A DNA stretch of 64,000 nucleotides from an uncultured bacterium (lineage in GTDB: Bacteria > Krumholzibacteriota > Krumholzibacteriia > Krumholzibacteriales > Krumholzibacteriaceae). Below are positions 38,759-47,968 of the stretch, one piece after another. The notes under the pieces were generated by a model. It was given only the letters and a program-made list of their open reading frames with translations. It made no database searches and was not told the origin of the DNA. How positions within the stretch are numbered: position 1 is the first letter of the stretch; each line of letters begins with the position of its first letter. Position numbers and translations under genes: made by a program. The stretch spans positions 352,001 to 416,000 of the forward strand of contig CAWFAD010000007.1 in NCBI GenBank assembly GCA_963813815.1, given 5' to 3'.

Positions 38759-39121
38759 ATGCTGATTCTGAAATACGCCCTGATGGTGCTCGCGGGAGCG
38801 GCCGTCGGCGTCGTCGCCTCGTTCGCCGGTCTCGGCGGAGGCATCATCATCGTGCCGCTTCTCATGTTTCTGGGATATACGGCGCAGCGGGCGGTCGGCA
38901 CGTCGGTTCTGGCGATACTCATCATCGCCGTCTCGAGCCTTGTCGCTCATAACAAGCTCACCAACATCGACTATCGGATCGGACTTCTCATGGGCGTCGG
39001 CGGCATCGTTGGCGCGCAGGTCGGCGCCATGCTGCTCGAGGATGTCTCCACGGCGGGGTTCAAAAGGGTTTTCGCCCTGATCCTCGCCGCGCTCTCGTTC
39101 TACCTGTTCTTCAAGAAATAA
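38759..39121 (+). CDS. Half-size TSUP (TauE/SafE) family transporter
   Basis: GLGGGIIIVP, AVGTS, GGIVGAQVGA, KRVFA; only 120 aa. Confidence 0.8.
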   Translation: MLILKYALMVLAGAAVGVVASFAGLGGGIIIVPLLMFLGYTAQRAVGTSVLAILIIAVSSLVAHNKLTNIDYRIGLLMGVGGIVGAQVGAMLLEDVSTAGFKRVFALILAALSFYLFFKK

Positions 39122-39157
39122 GCCGGGAACACGTCGATTGACGCGGAGAATGCGCGA

Positions 39158-40050
39158 ATGAGGGGATTGTTTCAGGGGCTGCGCCGGACGAAGGAGCGCC
39201 TCTTCGGCTCGATCCAGCAGGTCCTCTCGGGGGCTCGCTCGACGCGGGCGCCATCGAAGACCTCGAGGGGATTCTTCTCGGCGCCGATATAGGTGTCGAG
39301 GCGACCGAGCGGATCATCGAGCGGCTCCGCGAGCGCTCCGGCGGAGCGGCCGCGGCCGTCGATTTGCGGCGCGTCATGGGGAAGGAGCTCCTCGCGATCA
39401 TCGGCGAGACGCCGAGGCCGTCGCCGCCTCCGGGCAGGCCTCGCGTGATCGTTGTCATCGGCGTAAACGGCGTCGGCAAAACGTCTACCATCGGAAAGCT
39501 CGCGCATCGCCTGAAGTCGGAAGGGAGCTCCGTTCTGCTCGCGGCCTGCGACACCTTCAGGGCGGCGGCGATCGATCAGCTCGAGTTGTGGGCCTCCCGC
39601 GCGGATGTTCCCCTCGTCCGCCAGCAGATGGGCTCGGACCCGGCCGCCGTCGCCTTCGACGCGGTTCAGGCCGCCCGCGCGCGAGGCGTCGACGTCGTCA
39701 TCGTCGACACGGCCGGGCGGCTGCACACGCGGGTCAATCTCATGGAGGAGCTGAAAAAGGTGTTCACCGTTCTCTCCACGCGCATGGAGGGGATCGCGCT
39801 CGAAGGCTGGCTCGTCCTCGACGCCAACACCGGCCAGAACAGCCTCCGGCAGGCGGAGGCCTTTACGGCGTCTCTTCCCGTCACGGGGCTCGTTCTCACG
39901 AAGCTCGACAGCACCGCCAAGGGCGGCGCCGTGATCGCCATCCAGCAGAAGCTCGGAATCCCCGTTCTGTACGTCGGGCTCGGCGAGGGAGTGGAGGATC
40001 TCGCGCCGTTCGATCCGGGCGAATTCGTCGAGGGCATACTCGGGGAATGA
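39158..40050 (+). CDS. ftsY: Signal recognition particle receptor FtsY, frameshifted at the G5 run 39229-39233
   Basis: ATG 39158 gives MRGLFQGLRRTKERL; the -1 frame continues LEGILLGADIGVEATERII, GVNGVGKT, DTFRAAA, DTAGRLH, TKLDSTAKGG. Confidence 0.92.
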
Positions 40051-40092
40051 CCGGAGCGGGCATCCGCAGCGCCTCCGCGCCGATTTGACTCC

Positions 40093-40121
40093 TTGACAGG
40101 CGTGTTCCGGCAACGTAACAT
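40093..40121 (+). promoter_or_regulatory. Sigma70 promoter of rib operon
   Basis: TTGACA-17 bp-TAACAT just upstream of the FMN riboswitch. Confidence 0.75.
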
Positions 40122-40151
40122 GTTGGTTATGAGCCCCTCCGCGGGGCGCTG

Positions 40152-40268
40152 AAACCTTCGGGGCGGGGTGCAAGTCCCCACCGGCGGTATAGCCCGCGAA
40201 TGAGCCGACGCTCACCGATCCGGTGCGATTCCGGAGCCGACAGTGACAGTCTGGATGGAAGAAGGTGC
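40152..40268 (+). ncRNA. FMN riboswitch (RFN element)
   Basis: CTTCGGGGCGGGGTGCAAGTCCCCACCGGCGGT..AGCCCGCGA...GATCCGGTGCGATTCCGGAGCCGACAGT..AGTCTGGATGGAAGAAG; P1 ACCTTC/GAAGGT; upstream of ribD. Confidence 0.97.
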
Positions 40269-40421
40269 ATTTTTATTGCCCGGACCGTGCTGCATTCCGA
40301 GCCTCTCCATCTATGAGCTCCCGAGGATCCGCGCGCGAATAGGATCGTGCGTCCGCTTCGCGCGCGGGGAACGACCGTCTTCATCAGGGCCGCGGCCCCT
40401 ACCGCGGCTCGGGACTGCGGC

Positions 40422-41564
40422 ATGAGCGCGGAAGAGGGATATCTGCACAGGGCGCTCGAGCTGGCCGGGAAGGCCCTCGGCGAGACCTTTCCGAATCCGC
40501 TCGTCGGCGCGGTGATCGTGAAGGACGGCGAGATCGTCGGCGAGGGGTATCATCGCGGGGCCGGCTGTCTCCATGCCGAGATAGAGGCGATCAGTGCGGC
40601 GGGGGAGCGCTCGCGAGGCGCCACCCTCTACCTCAACCTCGAGCCGTGCTGCCATTTCGGAAAGACGCCTCCCTGCACGGAGGCGCTCGCGGCGGCGGGG
40701 ATCGCCCGCGTCGTTTTCAGCATGTACGATCCCGATGAACGCGTGCGCGGCCGGGGCGCCTCGTCTCTCCGCTCGCTGGGGATCGCGACGGAGGCGGGAA
40801 TCTTGGCGCGCGAGGCCCTCGAGCTCAACCTTCCCTACGTGCACCGCAGTCTCACCGGCGAGCCCTTCGTCGTGGTCAAGCTCGCCTCCACCCTCGACGG
40901 GAGGCTCTCGAAGGGCGCCGGGCGGATGCTCTCCGGCGACGCGGAGCAGCGCTACGTCCACCGGCTGCGCGCCTGGACCGAGGCGATCGCGATCGGCATC
41001 GGCACCCTCGAAAAGGACGCTCCGCGGCTCGACCGGCGGCTCTATCGCGACGACATGGCGCCGCCGGCGCGCATGGTCTTCGATTCCGAGCTGCGTTTTC
41101 CGCCGGACTATCCGTGGCTCGTCCGCGGCGAGCGGGTCATCGTCTACTGCAGCACGCACGGCGACCGCGACCGGCGGAGCCGTCTCGAGGCCGCCGGCGC
41201 CGAGGTCGTGTCGCTGCCCGCCGGTCCCGGCGGCGTCGATCTCGAATACTGGATGGATGACGTCGCGGAGCGGGGGATCACCTCCGTGCTCGTCGAAGGG
41301 GGCGGGGAGGTCGCGACGTCCTTCATTCGCGAGGGACTCTTCGAACGCCTCGTTCTCTGCTACGCGCCGGCCCTCGGCGGGGGCGAGGCGGTCGGCTGGT
41401 ATCAATCGGCCGCGCCCCCCGGATGGCTCGCCGAGGAGGGGCTTTCCCTCACGCGGCTCGATGCGCTGGACAACGATTTCGCCGCCGTGTACGATTCGCG
41501 GCCGATCGCGCGCTATCTCGAAACGGTGACGGAGGAAGAGAAGATTGTTCACTGGACTGATTGA
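40422..41564 (+). CDS. ribD: Riboflavin biosynthesis deaminase/reductase
   Basis: PNPLVGAVIV, HAE, LEPCCH.GKTPPC, KLASTLDG, VLVEGG. Confidence 0.96.
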   Translation: MSAEEGYLHRALELAGKALGETFPNPLVGAVIVKDGEIVGEGYHRGAGCLHAEIEAISAAGERSRGATLYLNLEPCCHFGKTPPCTEALAAAGIARVVFSMYDPDERVRGRGASSLRSLGIATEAGILAREALELNLPYVHRSLTGEPFVVVKLASTLDGRLSKGAGRMLSGDAEQRYVHRLRAWTEAIAIGIGTLEKDAPRLDRRLYRDDMAPPARMVFDSELRFPPDYPWLVRGERVIVYCSTHGDRDRRSRLEAAGAEVVSLPAGPGGVDLEYWMDDVAERGITSVLVEGGGEVATSFIREGLFERLVLCYAPALGGGEAVGWYQSAAPPGWLAEEGLSLTRLDALDNDFAAVYDSRPIARYLETVTEEEKIVHWTD

Positions 41565-42144
41565 GTCGGTCGGCGTCGTGCGGGCCATGCGAAAGCTCCC
41601 GCGCGGCGCGCGCATCACGATCGAGACGGAGCTCGACGGGCTCGCGCCGGGCGAGAGCGTCGCCGTCGACGGCGTCTGCCAGACGGTGGCCGAAATCGAC
41701 GGAAAACGCTTTTCCTGCGACGTGCTTCCCGAGACCCTGCGCGTGACGACGCTCGGCGCCGCGCGGCCGGGCTCGCGCGTCAACCTCGAGCGCGCGCTCG
41801 GGACGCTCTCGCGGCTCGGCGGCCACGTCGTGAACGGCCACGTCGACGGCACGGGCCGGGTGGCGCGGATCGCGAAAAGGCCGCTCTCGATCGAAATCGC
41901 TCTCGCCCCGGCGCTCCTGCGCTATCTCGTGCCGAAGGGCCCGGTGGCGGTGAACGGCGTGAGCCTCACCGTCGGCCCGGCGATCCGAGGCGGCCGCTTC
42001 ATCGTCTTCATCGTTCCGCACACGTGGGAGCATACGAATCTCCGGGATCTCGCGGCGGGAAGCGCCGTGAACGTCGAAGTGGACATTCTCGCCAAATACG
42101 TCGAACGATTCGCCGACGCGGCGAAGGGGAGTGATCGGTCGTGA
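41545..42144 (+). CDS. ribE: Riboflavin synthase (alpha chain; ribC in E. coli naming)
   Basis: [39 protein letters not shown]. Confidence 0.96.
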   Translation: MFTGLIESVGVVRAMRKLPRGARITIETELDGLAPGESVAVDGVCQTVAEIDGKRFSCDVLPETLRVTTLGAARPGSRVNLERALGTLSRLGGHVVNGHVDGTGRVARIAKRPLSIEIALAPALLRYLVPKGPVAVNGVSLTVGPAIRGGRFIVFIVPHTWEHTNLRDLAAGSAVNVEVDILAKYVERFADAAKGSDRS

Positions 42145-43409
42145 GCGTCACGAGCTCCATCGCGAACGCGCTCGAGGAGATCAAAAAGGGTCGCATGGTC
42201 ATCGTCGTCGACGACGAGGACCGGGAGAACGAGGGGGACATCATCATGGCCGCCGAGTTCGCGACCGCCGAGAGCGTCAATTTCATCGCGCGCCACGCGC
42301 GGGGCCTCGTCTGCGTGGCGCTCGAGGGGGAGCGTCTCGACGAGCTCCGTCTCGGACCCATGGTGCAGGAGAACACGGCCAAGCTGCAGACCCACTTCAC
42401 CGTTTCGGTCGATGCCGTGCATGGGACGACGACCGGCATCAGCGCCTACGACCGCGCCGCGACGATCAAGGCCCTCATCGATCCCGTCACGCGCCCGCAC
42501 GATCTCGCGCGGCCCGGCCATGTGTTCCCGCTCCGGGCGGCACGGGGCGGAGTGCTCCGTCGCGCCGGGCACACCGAGGCCGCGGTCGACCTCGCGCGGC
42601 TGGCCGGGCTCAAGCCCGCGGGCGTTCTCTGCGAAATCATGGCCGAGGACGGCACGATGGCGCGCGTTCCGCAGCTCGTCGAGTTCGCGAAGCGGCACGA
42701 TCTCGCGATCGTGACGATCTGCGACCTCATCGAGTACCGGCGCCGCACGGAGAAGCTCGTTCGCCGCGTGGCCGAGGCGAGCCTGCCGACGCGCTACGGC
42801 GAATTCCGCCTCGTCGCGTACGAAGGCTCGCTCGACGGCTCCCAGAGCATCGCCCTCGTGATGGGCGATCCCCGCCGGGACAAGGCGGCGCTCGTGCGGG
42901 TTCATTCGCAGTGCATGACGGGCGACGTCTTCGGATCGCTCCGCTGCGATTGCGGCGATCAGCTCGGCGAGGCGCTGCGCATCATCGCCGCCGAGGAGAG
43001 CGGCGTGTTTCTCTACATCCAGCAGGAAGGCCGCGGGATCGGGCTCGTGAACAAAGTGCGCGCCTACGCCCTGCAGGACACGGGACAGGACACCGTCGAG
43101 GCGAACGCGGCTCTCGGTTTCCCCGCAGACCTTCGCGACTACGGCATCGGCGCCCAGATACTCGCCGATCTCGGCCTCCACGAGATACGGCTCCTCACGA
43201 ACAACCCGCGCAAGATCATCGGGCTTCGAGCGTACGGGCTCGAGATCGTCGAGCGGGTACCCATCGAGATACCGCCGAACAAGCGAAACCTGCGCTATCT
43301 CATGGCCAAGCGCGACAAGCTCGGCCATATCTTCACGATCCTCGACGAAGCTGAAACCGCGCAGAGCGGCGCTCCCGCCGCGAGAAAGGAAGAGAGCGAT
43401 GGTTCATGA
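42141..43409 (+). CDS. ribBA: Bifunctional DHBP synthase / GTP cyclohydrolase II
   Basis: [51 protein letters not shown]. Confidence 0.98.
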   Translation: MSVTSSIANALEEIKKGRMVIVVDDEDRENEGDIIMAAEFATAESVNFIARHARGLVCVALEGERLDELRLGPMVQENTAKLQTHFTVSVDAVHGTTTGISAYDRAATIKALIDPVTRPHDLARPGHVFPLRAARGGVLRRAGHTEAAVDLARLAGLKPAGVLCEIMAEDGTMARVPQLVEFAKRHDLAIVTICDLIEYRRRTEKLVRRVAEASLPTRYGEFRLVAYEGSLDGSQSIALVMGDPRRDKAALVRVHSQCMTGDVFGSLRCDCGDQLGEALRIIAAEESGVFLYIQQEGRGIGLVNKVRAYALQDTGQDTVEANAALGFPADLRDYGIGAQILADLGLHEIRLLTNNPRKIIGLRAYGLEIVERVPIEIPPNKRNLRYLMAKRDKLGHIFTILDEAETAQSGAPAARKEESDGS

Positions 43410-43866
43410 AAAAGCGGGGCACCTCACCGGTGCCGGCAAGAGCTTCGCCATCGTTATCGGGCGTTTCAACGAGCTCGTCTCCGGGCGTCTGCTCGAAGGC
43501 GCGATCGATTGCCTCGTCCGGCACGACGTCGCGGAGAAGGACATCACGGTCTACTGGGTTCCCGGCTCGTTCGAGATTCCGCAGGCCGCGAAACGCGCGG
43601 CGGGGACGGGCGTCGACGCCGTGATTTGTCTCGGAGCGCTCATCCGGGGGGATACGGCTCATTTCGACATTCTCGCGCACCAGGCGGTGCGCGACATTTC
43701 CGGGGTGGCGCTCGAGACGGGCAAGCCCGTCTCCTTCGGCATCATCGCGGCCGACACGCAGGAGCAGGCGCTCGAGCGCGCGGGCAGCAAGTCGGGCAAC
43801 AAGGGATGGCACGCGGCCCTCTCGGCGCTCGAGATGGCGAGTCTCTGGAAAACGATGAAGAAGTAG
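43399..43866 (+). CDS. ribH: 6,7-dimethyl-8-ribityllumazine synthase
   Basis: [32 protein letters not shown]. Confidence 0.97.
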   Translation: MVHEKAGHLTGAGKSFAIVIGRFNELVSGRLLEGAIDCLVRHDVAEKDITVYWVPGSFEIPQAAKRAAGTGVDAVICLGALIRGDTAHFDILAHQAVRDISGVALETGKPVSFGIIAADTQEQALERAGSKSGNKGWHAALSALEMASLWKTMKK

Positions 43867-43882
43867 GAAAGGCGCCGGTCTC

Positions 43883-44293
43883 ATGAGCCGCAGGCGAAAA
43901 GCGCGCGAGATAGCGCTCCAAGCGCTCTACACCGAGGAGGTGTCCGGCGCCGATTGGCGCGCGGCTCTCCGCGACAACATTGAGCGGCGCAAGCCCTCGG
44001 CCGAGGTGGTCGAGTACGCGGAGCGGCTCGTCGAGAACGTCGTCGGCGACAAGGCCGGGCTCGACGAGCGCATCGGGGCCAAGCTCGTGAACTGGGAGCT
44101 CGGCCGCGTGTCGATCGTGGACAAGACGATCCTGCGCATCGCCCTCTCCGAGCTCCAGCATTGCCCGGAGGTTCCGACGAACGTCATCCTGAACGAGGCG
44201 ATCGAAATCGCCCGGAACTTCAGCTCGGCGGATGCGGGGCGGTTCGTGAACGGCATCCTCGACGCCCTCGCGCGGGAGGTCCGCGGGAGTTGA
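43883..44293 (+). CDS. nusB: Transcription antitermination factor NusB
   Basis: RRKARE.ALQALY, W...R...VDK.ILR, V.LNEAIEIA, FVNGILD. Confidence 0.96.
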   Translation: MSRRRKAREIALQALYTEEVSGADWRAALRDNIERRKPSAEVVEYAERLVENVVGDKAGLDERIGAKLVNWELGRVSIVDKTILRIALSELQHCPEVPTNVILNEAIEIARNFSSADAGRFVNGILDALAREVRGS

Positions 44294-45021
44294 AGGTCTT
44301 CGTAGCTTCCGACGTGCACGGGAACATCAGGGCGCTCGGCGCGGTTCTCGCGATCTATCGCCGGGAGTATCCGTGCGAATTTCTCTTTCTCGGCGACGCC
44401 GTCGGGTACGGGGCCCATCCCGACGCCTGCCTCGACGTCATTCTCAACCTTCCGCGCGCGCGGCTCGTCCTCGGCAACCACGACGCGGCGCTGATCGAGG
44501 AGGGAAAGAGGCCCGATATGAACGAGGTCGCCGCCGAAGCGATCGAGTGGACGCGGCGGCACGTCGACGAACGGTACCGCGAGGCGATTCGGAGCCGGTT
44601 CCGTCTGTCGGTCGAGGAGGAGTCGTACGTCGCCGCTCACGGCTCGCCGCATCGTCCCGAGGAATGGGTGTACCTGCTGTCGCCCCTCGAAGCGGGACAG
44701 GCGTTCCTCTCGGAGGGATTCCGGGTCTGTTTCGTCGGACACACGCATTCGCCGGCCGCGTTCGACTCGGGCGGCGGCCGGCTTCCGTTCGCCGAGGACG
44801 CTCCGATCGCGCTCGAGGAGGGGAGCCGCTATATCTTCAATCCGGGGAGCGTGGGCCAGCCCCGGGACGGCGATCCGCGCGCGGCGTTTCTCCTCTACGA
44901 TACGAAAGCGGGAACCGTGACGCTCCGCCGGTGTGCATACGATATCGAGGCGGAGGCGAAGGACATCATCGCCGCGGGTCTTCCCGCGGTCCTCGCCGAA
45001 CGGCTGTATCTCGGCGCGTAG
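44290..45021 (+). CDS. Calcineurin-like metallophosphoesterase
   Basis: SDVHGN, LGDAVGYG, GNHD, HGSP, GHTH, NPGSVGQPRDGD. Confidence 0.93.
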   Translation: MKVFVASDVHGNIRALGAVLAIYRREYPCEFLFLGDAVGYGAHPDACLDVILNLPRARLVLGNHDAALIEEGKRPDMNEVAAEAIEWTRRHVDERYREAIRSRFRLSVEEESYVAAHGSPHRPEEWVYLLSPLEAGQAFLSEGFRVCFVGHTHSPAAFDSGGGRLPFAEDAPIALEEGSRYIFNPGSVGQPRDGDPRAAFLLYDTKAGTVTLRRCAYDIEAEAKDIIAAGLPAVLAERLYLGA

Positions 45022-45036
45022 CGGAGGGAGCGTTCC

Positions 45037-45804
45037 ATGACGCCGGTATCCGAAAAGAAGCACTGGGACCGGTTCTGGACCGGCGCCGGAGAGGCTGAAG
45101 ATGTCTACTCGAACGAGGGGCGCGTAGCGGAGCGCCTCTCGCGCGCCCTGCCGCTCGAGGGAAAGCTCGTGCTCGAGGTGGGGGCGGGAACGGGACGGGA
45201 CGCTCTCGATCTCGCCCGCCGCGGCTCCCGGGCGGTGGCGCTCGACTACAGCCAGGCGAGCCTGCGTCTCATCCGATCGCAGCTCGCCGCCGGCGCCGGC
45301 GCGAGCCTCGTCTGCGGCGACGCCTTCGCGCTCCCCTTCCCGGACGAAACCTTCGACGTCGTGTTTCACCAGGGGCTCCTCGAGCACTTCCGGAACCCGG
45401 ACGACCTCATCGCGGAAAACGCGCGGGTGCTGAGGCGCGGGGGAATCATGCTCGTCGACGTGCCGCAGCGGTACCACTACTACACGATCGTCAAGCACGT
45501 CCTCATCGCCATGAACCGCTGGTTCGCCGGCTGGGAACGCGAGTATTCGGTGGGAGAGCTCGAGCGCATGCTGGAGCGGCACGGATTCTCCGTCGTCGAG
45601 AGCTACGGAGAGTGGTTCGATCCGCCGATATGGTATAGAATGCTGCGTCGTTCGCTGAGGCCGGCGGGCGTGTCGCTTCCGATGTATCCGAGGCTTTTCC
45701 GGGCGATGTCCCGCGCTCTCGCGGGGCCGCGGCGATGGCTGCTCGAGCGGCGGCCTGCGCTCTACACGACGGTCATCGTTGGGACCGTCGCCCGCAAGAG
45801 ATAG
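45037..45804 (+). CDS. Class I SAM-dependent methyltransferase
   Basis: VLEVGAGTG, GDAFALPF.D.TFD, GLLEHF, RVLRRGG. Confidence 0.9.
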   Translation: MTPVSEKKHWDRFWTGAGEAEDVYSNEGRVAERLSRALPLEGKLVLEVGAGTGRDALDLARRGSRAVALDYSQASLRLIRSQLAAGAGASLVCGDAFALPFPDETFDVVFHQGLLEHFRNPDDLIAENARVLRRGGIMLVDVPQRYHYYTIVKHVLIAMNRWFAGWEREYSVGELERMLERHGFSVVESYGEWFDPPIWYRMLRRSLRPAGVSLPMYPRLFRAMSRALAGPRRWLLERRPALYTTVIVGTVARKR

Positions 45805-45845
45805 CGCGCCCCCCGGCGGCGGCGGGAGCGGGAATACGGAGACGG

Positions 45846-46976
45846 ATGAGAATCTGCGCGGTGAACTGGCGCGACATCGCGAACCCGGAAGCGGGCGGGG
45901 CCGAGGTCCATCTGCACGAGATCCTCTCGCGCATCGCGGGCTGGGGTCACGAGGCGACGCAGATGAGCGCCGGTTGGCCGGGTTGCCGCCCCGAGGAGAC
46001 GATCGACGGCGTCAGGGTGCTTCGACGAGGAGCGTGGTTCGACGCCAACTTTGCGCTGCCGCTTTTCGCGCGGCGGCATTTCCAACGAGAGCGCTACGAC
46101 GTCGTTCTCGAGGACATCAACAAGCTTCCGTTCTTCATGCCGCTCGTCGCGAGGGCCCCGGTCGTAGCCGTGGTGCCGCACCTGTTCGGCACGACCGCTT
46201 TCCGGGAGGCGAATCCCGCGATCGCCTCGTATGTCTGGCTGCTCGAGCGGTTCATACCGGTCGTGTTCAAACGAAACGAGTTCATGGTCATCAGCCCGAG
46301 CACGAAGGACGATCTCGTCGCGAGAGGCGTCGATCCCCGCCGCGTCACCGTCGTTCTCTGCGGGCTCGATCATGGACGCTACCGCGATCTCGGGCTCGAG
46401 CGCTTCCCCGACCCCGTCATCGTGCACCTCGGGCGACTGCGCAAGTACAAGAGCGTGGAGGTGGCGCTGCGGGCGATGACGCGCGTCCGGGAGCGCCTGC
46501 CCTCGGCGAGGCTCGTCGTCGTCGGCGATGGGCCGCATCGCCCCGCCCTCGAGCGCGAGGCGGAACGGCTCGGTCTCGGCGGGGCGGTGGAGTTCCGCGG
46601 CTACCTCCGCGGCGACGAGCTCGTCGAGCTGCTCAACCGGGCGCATCTCGTCGTCAATCCGAGTCCGAAGGAAGGGTGGGGGCTCACGGTCGTCGAGGCG
46701 GGGGCGTGCGGCGTCCCCGTGGTCGCGAGCGACCGTCCGGGGCTCCGCGATTCCGTCCGTCACGGCGAGACGGGGTTGCTCGTTCCGTACGGGGACGTCG
46801 AGGCGTTCGCCGCCGCGTCGATCCGGATTCTCGAGGACCGGGCTCTCAGGGAAAGGCTCGGGCGCGGCGCCGTGGAGCGCGTGAAGGAGCTCACGTGGGA
46901 GCGCTGCGCGCGCGAAACGCTCACCGTCCTCGATCGGGTCGCGGGGGCGCCGGCCCCGGAGGAGGGACGTCCATGA
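45846..46976 (+). CDS. Glycosyltransferase family 4
   Basis: NWRD..NPEAGGAE, GRL.KYK, PSPKEGWGLTVVEA..G.PVVASD. Confidence 0.92.
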   Translation: MRICAVNWRDIANPEAGGAEVHLHEILSRIAGWGHEATQMSAGWPGCRPEETIDGVRVLRRGAWFDANFALPLFARRHFQRERYDVVLEDINKLPFFMPLVARAPVVAVVPHLFGTTAFREANPAIASYVWLLERFIPVVFKRNEFMVISPSTKDDLVARGVDPRRVTVVLCGLDHGRYRDLGLERFPDPVIVHLGRLRKYKSVEVALRAMTRVRERLPSARLVVVGDGPHRPALEREAERLGLGGAVEFRGYLRGDELVELLNRAHLVVNPSPKEGWGLTVVEAGACGVPVVASDRPGLRDSVRHGETGLLVPYGDVEAFAAASIRILEDRALRERLGRGAVERVKELTWERCARETLTVLDRVAGAPAPEEGRP

Positions 46977-47968
46977 ACGCGAGAAAGCGGCTGCTGCAGG
47001 CGTTCAAGATCGCGGTCAGCGTGGGGCTCATCGCGTTTCTGCTGCGGAGGCTGTCTCCCGAGGACGTGCTGTCGAATCTGAGAAATCTCTCCGCCGCCCC
47101 GCTCGTCGCGGCGACGGCGATATTCTTCGTGAGCGTCGCGCTCGGGGCGTGGCAGTGGCACCGCCTGCTCCGCGCGGGAGGCATCGCGCTCCCCTTCGGG
47201 AGAACCTTCCGTTTCTACTTCATCGGCATCTTCTTCAACAACTTTCTGCCGGCGGGCGTCGGTGGGGACGTCGTGAAGATCTACGACGTGACGAAGATCG
47301 GAAACGATCCCTACCAAGTCTTCGCCACGACGATCCTCGACCGCGTCATCGGCATCGCGGGGCTCTGCGTCCTCGCGCTCGCGGCCTCCCTGACGCTGCT
47401 CGCGGGGGAAGGCCTCGAGCACCTCGGTCTCTACGCGCTCATCTTCGCGGGGTGCATGGCGCCGCTCCTCGCGCTCATCCTCAACCGGCGCCTCTCGAGG
47501 GGCGTGCGCACCCTCTTCGGCCGGATCTCGCTCTGGGGGCTCGGGCCCCGCTTCGACGCTCTCTTTAGGCGTCTCGGCGAGTACCGGCGCGTCCGTTCCC
47601 TCCTCGCCGGCCTCACGGGGCTCGCCGTGGCCGTTCAGTTTCTGCGCGTCGTCACGCACGTGCTCGTCGCGCGGGCTCTCGGGATCGACGTGACGCCGCT
47701 CGCCTTCGTGCAGTTCTTCGTTTTCGTTCCGCTCCTCGGGCTGCTCATGGTGGTCCCGATCTCGATCAACGGGCTCGGCGTGCGCGAGGGAGCCGGGATA
47801 CTGCTCTTTTCGCAGATCGGATTCTCGAGCGAGCAGGCGCTGCTCATGGAGCTCATCACCTACGCGATTATGGTCGTCGTGAGCCTCCTCGGCGGGGTAT
47901 ACTTTCTCCAGAGGCATCTCGAACGTTTGGGCGCGACCGAAAGGAATGGGGCTGGCGGACATGTCTGA
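46973..47968 (+). CDS. Lysylphosphatidylglycerol synthase TM domain (flippase-like) protein
   Basis: W..LL, FFNNFLP..VGGDVVK, DRVIG, PISINGLGVRE. Confidence 0.88.
   Translation: MNARKRLLQAFKIAVSVGLIAFLLRRLSPEDVLSNLRNLSAAPLVAATAIFFVSVALGAWQWHRLLRAGGIALPFGRTFRFYFIGIFFNNFLPAGVGGDVVKIYDVTKIGNDPYQVFATTILDRVIGIAGLCVLALAASLTLLAGEGLEHLGLYALIFAGCMAPLLALILNRRLSRGVRTLFGRISLWGLGPRFDALFRRLGEYRRVRSLLAGLTGLAVAVQFLRVVTHVLVARALGIDVTPLAFVQFFVFVPLLGLLMVVPISINGLGVREGAGILLFSQIGFSSEQALLMELITYAIMVVVSLLGGVYFLQRHLERLGATERNGAGGHV

Noticed and set aside
32117..38950. 2277-aa minus-strand ORF and other long antisense/alternative-frame ORFs (5262-7946, 12375-15323, 15860-18865, 28752-31940, 55634-59668)
   Set aside because: Shadow ORFs of well-supported genes, caused by high GC and codon bias; Arg/Gly/Pro-rich with no recognisable motifs
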